Shown here in pieces: positions 1 to 9,466 of a stretch of DNA of 64,000 nucleotides. The stretch spans positions 5,545 through 69,544 of the forward strand of contig CAZRES010000004.1 in assembly GCA_964598885.1 (NCBI GenBank). The letters run 5' to 3'. Source of the stretch: an uncultured Desulfobacteraceae bacterium (lineage in GTDB: Bacteria; Desulfobacterota; Desulfobacteria; Desulfobacterales; Desulfosalsimonadaceae). The notes beneath the pieces are model-generated. The model worked only from the letters and a program-made list of their open reading frames with translations, was not told where the DNA came from and made no database searches. The position numbers and the translations under genes are program-made. How positions within the stretch are numbered: the first letter of the stretch is position 1; each line of letters opens with the position of its first letter.

Positions 1-50
1 CCAGGGCCTGATCGACCGGGGAAATAGACGTTATCGGAGGTTACGCAAGC

Positions 51-1214
51 ATGGCCGACATCGGGACCTGGCTGGCGCTGAAAAGCGTGCCCGGCGTAGG
101 CAATCATGTCTACAAGCAGTTGATTGTGAAATTTACGACTCCGGAAAAGGTTTTTTCCGCCAATGAGACCGAGCTCATGGAGGTGGAAGGTGTCAGCCCG
201 AGGCTGGCCCGGGCCATCCGGACGCATCGTTTCGAGGCCGGTCCCCGGGAAGAAATTCAACGGGCCGGTCAACTCGGCTGTCGGATCATCTCCTTTAATA
301 GTCCCGATTACCCCTCCCTGCTGCGGCATATTCCGGATCCCCCGCCCTATCTGTATGTGCGGGGTCGTTTCCCGGTTTTCGAAAACAGCATCGCTGTTGT
401 CGGCGCCCGTCAGGCATCGGGTTACGGAAAGGCCGCCGCCCGACGTCTGGCCGGGGAACTGGCGGCCATGGGCTGGACTATTGTCAGCGGCATGGCCCGT
501 GGCATTGATACGGCGGCCCACAAGGGCGCTCTGGAGGCAGGGGGAAGGACCATCGCGGTCATGGGAAGCGGATTTGCCGAAATCTATCCGCCGGAAAACC
601 GGATCTTGTGTGACCGCATCGGCGAACAGGGCGCGATGCTATCGGAATTTCCGGTTCATGAGCCGCCCAATGCCTACAATTTCCCGGCGCGGAATCGGAT
701 TATCTCCGGGATGACTCTGGGCACCGTGGTGGTGGAAGCCTCGGCTAAAAGCGGCTCTTTGATCACTGCCCGTCTGGCTGCGGAACAGGGGCGGGAGGTG
801 TTTGCCATACCCGGCAGCATTCATTCCCATACCAGTCAGGGCACGCACAGTCTTTTGAAACAGGGCGCCAAGCTGGTGACCACGGTGGAAGACATCATCG
901 AAGAATTTGTCCGGTTTCAGGTTCCGGCCGCTGTTGGCGGAACCGGGGTTTCCCCTGAAAATCCGGGACCGTTGGATAAAAAACCGGCTTTATCCGGTCC
1001 GGCCGGATCAGCCGTGGTATCGCCGAATCTTTCTCCGGATCACGCGGCTCTATTGGAAATGATCGACGCTTATCCCGTGCATATTGATGATCTGTGCCGG
1101 AAGTCCGGAATGGACGCGGGGCGGCTTTCCGGTCTGTTGCTTACTCTTGAACTCAAGGGCCTGATCGTTCAGCAGCCCGGCAAATATTTCTGCCTGAAAG
1201 AGGAATCCCGTTGA
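51..1214 (+). CDS. dprA: DNA-processing protein DprA (Smf)
   Basis: 387-aa ORF. It has an N-terminal HhH-like LKSVPGVGNHVYKQLI, a Rossmann-like core (IAVVGARQASGYGK, IVSGMARGIDTAAHKGAL, GRTIAVMGSG) and a C-terminal winged-helix-like tail. Its stop overlaps the topA start, a conserved dprA-topA arrangement. Confidence 0.9.
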   Translation: MADIGTWLALKSVPGVGNHVYKQLIVKFTTPEKVFSANETELMEVEGVSPRLARAIRTHRFEAGPREEIQRAGQLGCRIISFNSPDYPSLLRHIPDPPPYLYVRGRFPVFENSIAVVGARQASGYGKAAARRLAGELAAMGWTIVSGMARGIDTAAHKGALEAGGRTIAVMGSGFAEIYPPENRILCDRIGEQGAMLSEFPVHEPPNAYNFPARNRIISGMTLGTVVVEASAKSGSLITARLAAEQGREVFAIPGSIHSHTSQGTHSLLKQGAKLVTTVEDIIEEFVRFQVPAAVGGTGVSPENPGPLDKKPALSGPAGSAVVSPNLSPDHAALLEMIDAYPVHIDDLCRKSGMDAGRLSGLLLTLELKGLIVQQPGKYFCLKEESR

Positions 1215-3490
1215 CAAAACCGCTGTTAATCGTTGAATCACCGACCAAGGTCAAAACCCTTAACAAGTATGTGGGCAAGACGTATAACGTGGCTTCCACA
1301 GTGGGTCATATCCGCGATCTTCCCGAGCGGGACCTTGGCATAGACATTGAAAAAAATTTTACGCCCAAATACGTGACCATCAAGGGGAAACAGAAAGTCG
1401 TGCAAGCTCTGAAAAACGCGGCAAAAGATACGGAGGATGTTTTTCTGGCCGCGGACCCGGATCGGGAAGGAGAGGCCATTGCCTGGCATGCGGCCGATAT
1501 CCTTAAAAAACCCGGCCGCCGGTTTCACCGGATCCTGTTTCACGAACTCACCGCCAGGGGCGTCCAGGAAGCGCTGGCCGCGCCCCGGGACTTAAATCCC
1601 CACAAATACAAGGCCCAGCAGACCCGCCGGCTCCTGGATCGCCTGGTGGGATACCAGATTTCGCCGATTTTATGGAAAAAGGTGAAATACGGGTTGAGCG
1701 CGGGACGGGTCCAGTCCGTGGCCGTCAGAATCATCTGCGAGCGGGAGCGGGCCATCCAGGCATTTGAGCCGGAGGAATATTGGACCATTACCGCTCTTCT
1801 TGAAGGGGACGCACCCCCTCCGTTTGCGGCAAAGCTCCAGAAAAAAAACAATAAAAAAATCAGTATTCCGGATCAGGCGACGGCCGAAGCCATCACGGCG
1901 GATCTGAAAACTGCGGATTTCGTGGTGGATAAAGTTACGAAAAAAACCGTTCGACGCAATCCCTATCCGCCGTTTATCACCAGCAAGCTGCAGCAAGAAG
2001 CCATCCGCAAACTGCGGTTTTCCGCCAAAAAGACCATGAGCGTGGCCCAGCAGCTCTATGAGGGCCTGGATCTGGGGGACGGAGAGTATATCGGGCTTAT
2101 CACCTATATGCGCACGGACTCCATCCGGATATCCGCGGAAGCGGCCGGGGAGGCCCTGGATCTGATCCGGGAGCGGTTTGGCCCGGAATATGCCCTGGAC
2201 AAGCCTCGTTTTTTTAAAAATAAAAACAAGGTTCAGGACGCCCATGAGGCCATACGACCCACGTCCGTGACCTACACGCCGGAATCCGTGGCTTCCTATC
2301 TGAGCCGGGACCAGCTTGCTCTTTACCGTTTGATCTGGCAGCGATTCGTGGCTTCTCAAATGGCACAGGCCGTTATCCACCAGGTCACCGTGACCATTCG
2401 GGCCGGGGAGTACGGACTTTCGGCCACCGGCTCCACCGTGGCTTTCCCTGGATTTCTGGCCCTTTACCGGACCGCGGACGACGAGGAAAAAGAGCGGGGC
2501 GACCAGGAAAAGGCGGTGCTTCCGGAACTGGCCGAAGCCATGGCGCTGACAGTAAAACAGCTCGACCCCCGGCAGCATTTTACGGCGCCGCCTCCGCGGT
2601 TTTCCGAGGCGTCTCTGGTCAAGGAACTCGAAGAAAACGGCATCGGCCGACCCAGCACCTATGCGGCCATTCTTTCCACCATCCAGGACAAGGGATATGT
2701 GGAGCTTGTCAAAGGCTATTTCCGGCCCAGCGAACTCGGATTTATCGTCAGCGATCTTCTGGTGGAAAATTTTCCCGACATCTTGAGCGTGGATTTTACC
2801 GCCAACCTGGAAAATGACCTGGACAAGGTGGAAACCGCCGAGACCGATGCTTTAGATTTGTTGAAAAAATTTTACCGCAAATTCGAACAGCGCCTGGAAT
2901 CCGCCGCCGCCAATATGCTTTCCGTAAAGGGCGTGGGCGTGCCCACAGAGCTTGATTGTCCGGCCTGCGGCAAGCGACTTCATATCAAGATAGGGAAAAA
3001 TGGTCCGTTTCTGGCCTGTGAAGGCTATCCGGAATGCACCTGGTCTCGGAATTATGTCCGGAATGAAAAAGGGAAACTGATTCCGGAAGAACCCGCGCAA
3101 CAGACGGCCGAAGGCGAAATCTGTCCCCAATGCGGAGGGGGCATGGTGCAGAAAAAAGGAAAATTCGGCGATTTTCTGGCCTGTGCCGCCTATCCCAATT
3201 GCAAATATACCCGCTCGGTCCACAACGGGGCCGGGGCTAAAACCACGGGCGTATCCTGCCCGGAGCCGGGCTGCACCGGGGAGATCATGGAACGGGTGTC
3301 CAAGCGGGGCAAAATTTTTTACGGCTGCAGCCGCTTTCCCAAATGCAATTTCGCCACCTGGGACAAGCCCGTAGCCCGGACCTGCCCCCGATGCAATGCC
3401 GGATTTATGGTGGAAAAAGAAACCAAAAAACAGGGCAGAATTTACAAGTGCCTTAATTCGGCATGCAACTATTCGGAACCGGCAGAGTAG
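1211..3490 (+). CDS. topA: DNA topoisomerase I, with C-terminal Cys4 zinc-ribbon repeats
   Basis: 759-aa ORF with a TTG start. It has a Toprim N-terminus (LLIVESPTKVKTLNKY, GHIRDLP, DPDREGEAIAWH), the active-site region ITYMRTDS, and several CPxCG...C..C zinc ribbons at the C-terminus. Confidence 0.95.
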   Translation: MTKPLLIVESPTKVKTLNKYVGKTYNVASTVGHIRDLPERDLGIDIEKNFTPKYVTIKGKQKVVQALKNAAKDTEDVFLAADPDREGEAIAWHAADILKKPGRRFHRILFHELTARGVQEALAAPRDLNPHKYKAQQTRRLLDRLVGYQISPILWKKVKYGLSAGRVQSVAVRIICERERAIQAFEPEEYWTITALLEGDAPPPFAAKLQKKNNKKISIPDQATAEAITADLKTADFVVDKVTKKTVRRNPYPPFITSKLQQEAIRKLRFSAKKTMSVAQQLYEGLDLGDGEYIGLITYMRTDSIRISAEAAGEALDLIRERFGPEYALDKPRFFKNKNKVQDAHEAIRPTSVTYTPESVASYLSRDQLALYRLIWQRFVASQMAQAVIHQVTVTIRAGEYGLSATGSTVAFPGFLALYRTADDEEKERGDQEKAVLPELAEAMALTVKQLDPRQHFTAPPPRFSEASLVKELEENGIGRPSTYAAILSTIQDKGYVELVKGYFRPSELGFIVSDLLVENFPDILSVDFTANLENDLDKVETAETDALDLLKKFYRKFEQRLESAAANMLSVKGVGVPTELDCPACGKRLHIKIGKNGPFLACEGYPECTWSRNYVRNEKGKLIPEEPAQQTAEGEICPQCGGGMVQKKGKFGDFLACAAYPNCKYTRSVHNGAGAKTTGVSCPEPGCTGEIMERVSKRGKIFYGCSRFPKCNFATWDKPVARTCPRCNAGFMVEKETKKQGRIYKCLNSACNYSEPAE

Positions 3491-3508
3491 GGAGAATGCC
3501 CCGATTTT

Positions 3509-4660
3509 TCAGCGAATACCATCGAGATAGGCGAGATCCCGAGCCTGGGTGTTTTTGGTGCCGACCGTCAGGATCTCCACCCGTCCCTCGGAATTTCGGC
3601 GGAAATAGAGCCGACCGTTATAAGCAAATGTGGTTTCAAGGGCGTTGCTTTTCCCCTTTTTGGAAAATACTTTGCGCTTTACCGGAACCAGTGAGGGATC
3701 CGTATTGAACAAGGAGATGACTTCTTCGGCCTTAAGGCTCATCTCCTCGGTCATATCCGCCAGGTTTTCCAGGGCCCGGTCGGTCAGTTCAACTTTTTTA
3801 TAAAGCACCTTGAAGCGCTTGGCCAGACGATCGGCATCTTTTTCCCGCTGGCGGTCGGCGGCGTCCCGGGTTTTTTCCAGTTCCCGGATCTGTTCCCTTA
3901 GTTTGTCGATTTCCTCGTGCTGCTGGTCCTGAAGGGAGAGATTGATGGCGATTTTTTCCTCCATGGCCGCGATTTCATCAAACAGCTCCTCCTCGGTTTC
4001 CTCCGCCTGGCGTTTTTTAGTCTCGATTTCCTCCTGAACTCGCTGATAGTCGGATAGCAGAGCTTCCCGCTCCCGGGATAAAGCCTCGATCCGGTTTTTC
4101 CCCTGGTCCTGGAACTGCGTTAACCGCTCGATTTCGGCTTTCCGCTGCAATTCCTCCTGGCGGGTGTGGGCGATGACCCGGCGGTAGTGGATCCACAGCC
4201 AGGTGAGAAAAATCAGGATATAAAACAAAAGAATGCCAACGGCCAGCAGGGACCAGGGTTCGATGACGGCCTCTACCTGGACATCCAGTCCTTCGTTGAG
4301 GAGCTTGAAATTTTCTTCCGCCAGTTCGACCGGGTCGACGGGTAGGCCGTTTAAGGGATCCTCCTGGTAAGTGGCCGGATAAATAATGGTGCCGCCCTGG
4401 GTGGTCACGCTGACGTCGAGCTGTCCGCCGATTTCTACAAACCAGTGGTCGCTCAGATAACTGTCGATGGCGTCGCCGATTCCTTCCCTAAGGCGGACAA
4501 GGCCATTTAAAATATCTGTTATATCAGTAAGATATATATTTCTGACCTGAGTCAGACATCTGGTGGTCATCTGTTTTTCCAAAACATTGATGGAAAACAG
4601 ATATAACAGCGGCGGCAAAAGAATGCACAGAATCAGGATATTGAAAGAAAGGCGCTTCAT
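3509..4660 (-). CDS. Two-TM membrane protein with a long E/K/R/Q-rich coiled coil and a C-terminal RelE/ParE-like domain (function unknown)
   Basis: 383-aa ORF. Hydrophobic segments are LSFNILILCILLPPLLYLFSINVL and WSLLAVGILLFYILIFLTWLWI. A heptad-like charged region spans about 130 aa. The C-terminal tail is LYKKVELTDRALENL...FNTDPSLVPVKRKV...NGRLYFRRNSEGRVEILTVGTKNTQARDLAYL. The ATG overlaps the stop of the upstream TPR lipoprotein gene (4657-4660). Confidence 0.7.
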   Translation of the reverse strand: MKRLSFNILILCILLPPLLYLFSINVLEKQMTTRCLTQVRNIYLTDITDILNGLVRLREGIGDAIDSYLSDHWFVEIGGQLDVSVTTQGGTIIYPATYQEDPLNGLPVDPVELAEENFKLLNEGLDVQVEAVIEPWSLLAVGILLFYILIFLTWLWIHYRRVIAHTRQEELQRKAEIERLTQFQDQGKNRIEALSREREALLSDYQRVQEEIETKKRQAEETEEELFDEIAAMEEKIAINLSLQDQQHEEIDKLREQIRELEKTRDAADRQREKDADRLAKRFKVLYKKVELTDRALENLADMTEEMSLKAEEVISLFNTDPSLVPVKRKVFSKKGKSNALETTFAYNGRLYFRRNSEGRVEILTVGTKNTQARDLAYLDGIR

Positions 4661-6945
4661 AAGGCGGATAGAATCTCCTGTGCATGTCGGGCTCCTTCAA
4701 AATCCTCACTGATATCCAGGGCCTGTTTCAACTTGGCCCCTGCCTGATCCATGGCGCCGCTTTTGTAGTAGGCGATCCCGAGGTGATATAAGATGGTGGG
4801 ATTGTTCGGTGCGTGTTCAAGGCTTTGCGTCAGTTCCCGGACGGCCTGATCGTATCGGCCCAGTTTGACGTAAACCCAGCCCAGGGTATCTAAAACCCGG
4901 TAATCGTCAGGTGAGAGGCTGTGGGCCAGCCGGGCAAAATGCAGGGCGTCGGACAGATGTTGATCCCGCTCAGCCAGAAGATAGGCGAGGTTGTTGGCGG
5001 CCGGAGCAAATTCAGGATTGGTTTCCAATGCGTCGCGATAGTGTTTTTCGGCGAGATCCCATTGGTTTTGAAGAGAATAAATAATACCAAGCATCATATG
5101 GGGGATTTCCCGCCGTTCAGACTGTTCCAGGGCGAACTGATACTGGGAGATGGCGTTTTCCATCCGGCCTTCCCGCAAATAAATATGGGCCAGAGCATAA
5201 TAAGGCGGCAGGTAATCCGGGGCCAGGAGCATCGACTTTCGAAAAGAGCTCTCCGCCTCGCGGATATTTCCGGTGGAAATCTGGAGCTGTCCCTTGAGAT
5301 GGAAAATCACAGCCTGACGGGCAGGATTTTCTATGGAAGAGTGTAACATATCATCAACCCGCTTCAGCGCCGTTTTGATCTGACCGCTGTTGAGCAACGC
5401 CGAAATCATGGATGAGAAAATATCCAGCCGGTTCGGGTTCCTGGCCAGGGCCGCATCGAATTTATCGGCTGCAGCGGCATAATTCTGTTCTCTAAGAAAA
5501 ATTTTGCCCACCAGGTAATGGGGTTCGGGATTTTCCGGCGCAAGTTTCATGATCTTTGAAAAATGCGCCTTGGCATCATCCGGCCGGTTGTCAAGCAGGG
5601 CGATATTGCCGAGCAGTTTCCTGGCTTCATAATGGTTGGGAACAACCGCAAGGATGTCGTTGCAGGCCTTTTCTGCCAGGTCCAGCCGATTTTCACCGAT
5701 AAAAATGCCGGACAGCAGCAGCTTGGCATTGATATATTCCGGGGCCCCGGATTTTATTTTCTCCAGATCAGCCCTTGCCCGGCCGAAATCTTCTTTTTTG
5801 AGATGCGCCAGTCCGCTCATATAGATCAACTGGGTGTTTTCCGGGTAATCGCGCTGCATGCCGGCAAGATGGACAAGCGCTTCATTCCAGGCTTTTCCGG
5901 CCATCAGAATTTCAGCTTTCATGATCTGGGCGGGGAAATAATCGGGATTTTTCGACAGGATTTTTTCGTTATAGCTCGCTGCCGTGTCAATGGCGTTTTG
6001 ACTCAGATGGAAACGGGCCAGATGGTGCAGAATACCGGGGTTGCCGGGTTGAAGCTCCAGTGCCTGTTCCAACAGCTTCAATGCCTGATTCGGGCGGTTG
6101 GTGGCGGTGAAAAAATTGGCGGCGATGATATGGGATCTTGGATCGGATGGATTCTGCTCCACGGCCTTTAAAAACGCGATTTCGGCTTTCTGCGGTTGCC
6201 GGGCCTGAAGATAAAGATTGCCCAGCAGAATTTTCAGATGTGAAATATCCGGATGGTTTTCAATCGATTCCAGCAGAAGAGATTCCGCCTGTGGAAATTC
6301 CCCACGAATCAGGTAAAGGTTTAAAAGGGCAAACACCGGATGCAGAGAGGCCGATGGCTGCTGAATGGCTTTTTTCAGATATTGTTCGGCCGTTTCAAAA
6401 GCGCCCCGCCGGACCAGCAGATTGGCCAGACTTAAATAGGCGCGGATCTGCTCAGGATCCTGCTCAATGACGGATACAAAGATTTCTTCGGCCCGTTGCC
6501 GGTCGTTTTGCATGTGATAAAGCTCGGCCAGCAGATAACGGGCTGTCAGATTTTCCGGGGCCTTGGTCAGGATGGTGTCGAGGATGTCATGGGCCGCAGC
6601 GGTATCCCGGTTGAGAAGATAGAGGGTGGCCAACCGCAGTTGGATTTCAAGTTTGTCGGGCGCAAGCTCGGCAGCCCGGACATAGGCGTCAAAGGCGTTG
6701 GCTACCTCTCCAAGTTTGAGGTAGACCTCTCCAAGACCGGCATGGGCATCGGCGAATTCCGGATCGATGACCACGGCCTGTTCCAGGTTGTCTTTGGCGC
6801 AGACATAATTTTTTTCTTCATAGCATGCCTGGGCTTTTTCATACAGGACGGTTCCGCGGTCATCATCCCCGCAAGAAATCAGCAGCGCCGCAGAGGTCAG
6901 GACCACAAATGCAAGTTTTGTTTTAAGATGGGCTTTTTTTATCAT
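4657..6945 (-). CDS. Large TPR-repeat lipoprotein (resembles PrsT-type TPR lipoproteins)
   Basis: The ORF reaches 7032, but the internal start MIKKAHLKTKLAFVVLTSAALLISCG at 6945 gives a signal peptide plus lipobox (LISC). The remainder is wall-to-wall TPR-like 34-aa repeats (A..Y..LG..Y...G....A...), a recurring pattern. Confidence 0.8.
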   Translation of the reverse strand: MIKKAHLKTKLAFVVLTSAALLISCGDDDRGTVLYEKAQACYEEKNYVCAKDNLEQAVVIDPEFADAHAGLGEVYLKLGEVANAFDAYVRAAELAPDKLEIQLRLATLYLLNRDTAAAHDILDTILTKAPENLTARYLLAELYHMQNDRQRAEEIFVSVIEQDPEQIRAYLSLANLLVRRGAFETAEQYLKKAIQQPSASLHPVFALLNLYLIRGEFPQAESLLLESIENHPDISHLKILLGNLYLQARQPQKAEIAFLKAVEQNPSDPRSHIIAANFFTATNRPNQALKLLEQALELQPGNPGILHHLARFHLSQNAIDTAASYNEKILSKNPDYFPAQIMKAEILMAGKAWNEALVHLAGMQRDYPENTQLIYMSGLAHLKKEDFGRARADLEKIKSGAPEYINAKLLLSGIFIGENRLDLAEKACNDILAVVPNHYEARKLLGNIALLDNRPDDAKAHFSKIMKLAPENPEPHYLVGKIFLREQNYAAAADKFDAALARNPNRLDIFSSMISALLNSGQIKTALKRVDDMLHSSIENPARQAVIFHLKGQLQISTGNIREAESSFRKSMLLAPDYLPPYYALAHIYLREGRMENAISQYQFALEQSERREIPHMMLGIIYSLQNQWDLAEKHYRDALETNPEFAPAANNLAYLLAERDQHLSDALHFARLAHSLSPDDYRVLDTLGWVYVKLGRYDQAVRELTQSLEHAPNNPTILYHLGIAYYKSGAMDQAGAKLKQALDISEDFEGARHAQEILSAL

Positions 6946-7117
6946 TATGGCAGTCTTTAATGAATAAGATTGGGTATGGCTATAATGTTGACAGTTTGAA
7001 GGCATCTTAGTATATACAGAACCTGATATCAAGAGCCGAAGAAACGCTTGCAGACAATTTGTTCATTTTGCTTCGGACAAACGGACCGCTGGTGGGTTAC
7101 ATTGGCATTCCGGCCGC

Positions 7118-8344
7118 ATGACAACACAAGGAAATTTCCTGATGCAAATTTTATCCGGTAAAAAGATTATACTCGGTGTATCCGGTGGGATCGCGGCGTA
7201 TAAAAGCGTGGAGCTGCTTCGTCTGCTTCAAAAGTCCGGTGCATCGGTAAATGTCGCCATGACGCCGAATGCGGCACGATTCGTCGGACCGCTCACCTTT
7301 GCCGCCATATCCGGTCATCGCGTCTTTATTGATATGTTTTCAGGGGAATCGGATGAAGCCATGTGGCATATTTCCTGGGCTGAAACCGCCGACGCGCTGG
7401 TGATCGCCCCGGCAACGGCCGATATCATCGCCAGGATGGCCGGCGGCATTGCCGATGACGCCGTTACCACTTTGATGCTGGCGGCCACCGCACCGAAGTT
7501 GATCTGTCCGGCCATGAACACCCAGATGTATGAAAACCGGGCGGTTCAGCGCAATCTCGATACGTTGCAGGGGGACGGGTTTATCATCGTCGAACCCGGA
7601 GCCGGGCACCTGGCCTGCGGGGCCTACGGTCCCGGTCGCATGGCGGAACCTTCCAGCATCGTGTCGCATGTGGCGGCCTGTTTTTATCCAAAAGATTTCA
7701 AGAACAAAAAAATCCTGGTGTCGGCCGGGCCGACCCGGGAGCATATTGATCCGGTGCGTTTTATCAGCAATCCCTCCTCCGGGAAGATGGGCTATGCCCT
7801 GGCCCGGGCTGCTGTGGTCAGAGGTGCCGATGTGGTGCTGGTTTCGGGCCCCTCCCACCTGGAAGCACCCGAGGGAGCGGCCCTTATCCGTGTGGTTACG
7901 GCCGCGGAAATGGCGGCAGCGGTTTTTGATCATGCCGCTGATGCGGATATGGTCATCAAGGTGGCCGCGGTTTCGGATTACCGGCCGGCGGCGACCGCAG
8001 ACCATAAAATCAAGAAAAACGAAGATCGCATAACCCTCGAGCTTGAGAAAACCGATGATATTCTCGCCGAACTCGGCCGACGGAAACGATCCGGTCAGAT
8101 CCTGGTGGGCTTTGCCGCGGAAACCGAGGAACTGGAGAAAAATGCAGCAGCAAAGCTTTTCGCCAAAAATCTGGATATGATTGCCGCCAACCTGTTGGGC
8201 CAGGCCGGTTCGGGTTTCGAGGCGGACGCCAATCGCATTACCCTTTACGACGCTCAGGGTGGTCAGGAAGATCTGCCCCTGATGGACAAGGATGACGCGG
8301 CCCATTGTCTGCTTGACCGTATTCAAAGGCTGTGCGGTCTTTAA
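7118..8344 (+). CDS. coaBC: Bifunctional phosphopantothenoylcysteine decarboxylase / phosphopantothenate-cysteine ligase
   Basis: 408-aa ORF. It has the flavoprotein N-domain [24 protein letters not shown] and PAMN, and the C-terminal CoaB domain [27 protein letters not shown]. The start could instead be the ATG at 7142. Confidence 0.93.
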   Translation: MTTQGNFLMQILSGKKIILGVSGGIAAYKSVELLRLLQKSGASVNVAMTPNAARFVGPLTFAAISGHRVFIDMFSGESDEAMWHISWAETADALVIAPATADIIARMAGGIADDAVTTLMLAATAPKLICPAMNTQMYENRAVQRNLDTLQGDGFIIVEPGAGHLACGAYGPGRMAEPSSIVSHVAACFYPKDFKNKKILVSAGPTREHIDPVRFISNPSSGKMGYALARAAVVRGADVVLVSGPSHLEAPEGAALIRVVTAAEMAAAVFDHAADADMVIKVAAVSDYRPAATADHKIKKNEDRITLELEKTDDILAELGRRKRSGQILVGFAAETEELEKNAAAKLFAKNLDMIAANLLGQAGSGFEADANRITLYDAQGGQEDLPLMDKDDAAHCLLDRIQRLCGL

Positions 8345-8373
8345 GCACGGAGGCGGGCAAGACCAAAAAAAGG

Positions 8374-8490
8374 GAAATCCGAGGTTGAGATCCGAGACCT
8401 GAAGTTGAAATCCGAGCGAGGCCGGGGATGCCGGTTATGAGTCGAATCGTGGTCGCCAGGACTCTGAGACTCATAACCGGCATCCCCGGC
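8374..8490. repeat. Three copies of a GA(A/G)ATCCGAG motif (two extended as GTTGARATCCGAG at 20-nt spacing), followed by a perfect 23-bp inverted repeat
   Basis: Read directly from the sequence. gaaatccgag is at 8374-8383, gagatccgag at 8387-8396 and gaaatccgag at 8407-8416. The inverted-repeat arms gccggggatgccggttatgagtc (8421-8443) and gactcataaccggcatccccggc (8468-8490) are exact reverse complements separated by a 24-nt loop. Confidence 0.9.
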
Positions 8491-8587
8491 CGAACGATCG
8501 AAGCCAAAACCCGAAAAAAGTGAGCATTGTCCTGTTTTTTAAATCAATATTCACCACTTAAGACATTAACTATGCGATGTTGAGACA

Positions 8588-9268
8588 ATGACAAATCTTC
8601 GTCTCGAATTTACTGAAATCACTCGGGATGTTTCCGCGTCCCTGCGTTACCTGGCCGATCTCGGCTGCCGGGGCGTGGACTGCTCCGATGAAACCCTGGC
8701 CCTGGTGCGCTCATGGGACATGGCGGCGCTGCGAATGGACCTGCGGCGTTGCAGCCGATGCGGGCTTGCCGCAGTCCGGAATCGAGTGGTCTGCGGCCGC
8801 GGGAATCCGGAGGCGACCATTGTTTTTATCGGCGGCGTCCCGGAACCCGAAGACGAGAAAACCGGACGTTCCTACAGCGGTCCGGCCGGCGAATTGCTTA
8901 GCCGCATTATTGCGGCCATGAATCTCGACAACGAATCGGTTTACATCACCCATGCGGTCAAATGCAGACCGGGATCTGACGCGGATATTGGACCAAATGA
9001 CGCCATTTGCCGGGCCTGCCGGCGGCACCTGATGGCCGAGCTGGCCCATGTGCGCCCTAAAATTATCTGCGCCCTTGGGGATCTGGCGGCCGGAAGTCTA
9101 AGGGACTCCCATGTGGCCGTCAGCCGTCTCCGGGGACGGTTTTTTCCGTTCAAGCACAGCCAGGTGATGGCCACCTTTTCGCCGGAACACATTCTTGCCC
9201 ATCCAACCGCCCGGCGGGCGGTCTGGGAAGATGTGAAAAAGATCATGACGGCCCTGGCTGGCCGATGA
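8588..9268 (+). CDS. Uracil-DNA glycosylase, family 4-like
   Basis: 226-aa ORF. It carries GRGNPEATIVFIGGVPEPEDEKTGRSYSGPAGELL (family-4 motif A region with the Cys-containing N-terminal part CSRCGL) and a C-terminal TFSPEHIL region. Confidence 0.8.
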   Translation: MTNLRLEFTEITRDVSASLRYLADLGCRGVDCSDETLALVRSWDMAALRMDLRRCSRCGLAAVRNRVVCGRGNPEATIVFIGGVPEPEDEKTGRSYSGPAGELLSRIIAAMNLDNESVYITHAVKCRPGSDADIGPNDAICRACRRHLMAELAHVRPKIICALGDLAAGSLRDSHVAVSRLRGRFFPFKHSQVMATFSPEHILAHPTARRAVWEDVKKIMTALAGR

Positions 9269-9364
9269 CCGTTACGTTGGCAGCGAAGGCTTCTGTCGGC
9301 AAATATTGTTTGACAATGATGCGGCAACTGGTTTACTGATAGTAATTGGAATATTCGTATAATC

Positions 9365-9396
9365 AGCGGGGGTTGCGCACCTCCGCTTTGTTTTTT
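9365..9396 (+). terminator. Putative intrinsic terminator downstream of the UDG gene
   Basis: The stem agcggggg (9365-9372) pairs with cctccgct (9380-9387), with one G-U pair, around a 7-nt loop. It is followed by ttgtttttt. Confidence 0.5.
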
Positions 9397-9466
9397 GGCG
9401 ATATTGGCCGACTTCAGGCATTGCACGGTTTTGATAAACAATCAGCAAAGGAGCATAAGTAGACGC

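Noticed and set aside
7103-7118. Sigma54-like TGGCAT-N5-CCGCA element with correct GG/GC spacing upstream of coaBC
   Set aside because: It abuts the coaBC ATG and leaves no room for a 5' UTR or RBS. Its -12 element is also poor.
7340-8326. 328-aa minus-strand ORF. Similar long antisense ORFs occur at 1670-2578, 27824-28618, 35142-36113, 53666-54514 and 14222-15034.
   Set aside because: Each is antisense to a confidently identified gene (coaBC, topA, the Hsp70-like gene, cysS, the epimerase, argD), and none has a recognisable motif.
9358-9363. TATAAT hexamer suggesting a promoter for the Rho-N-like gene
   Set aside because: It sits immediately against the terminator hairpin at 9365-9396 and has no acceptable -35. 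It is probably fortuitous.
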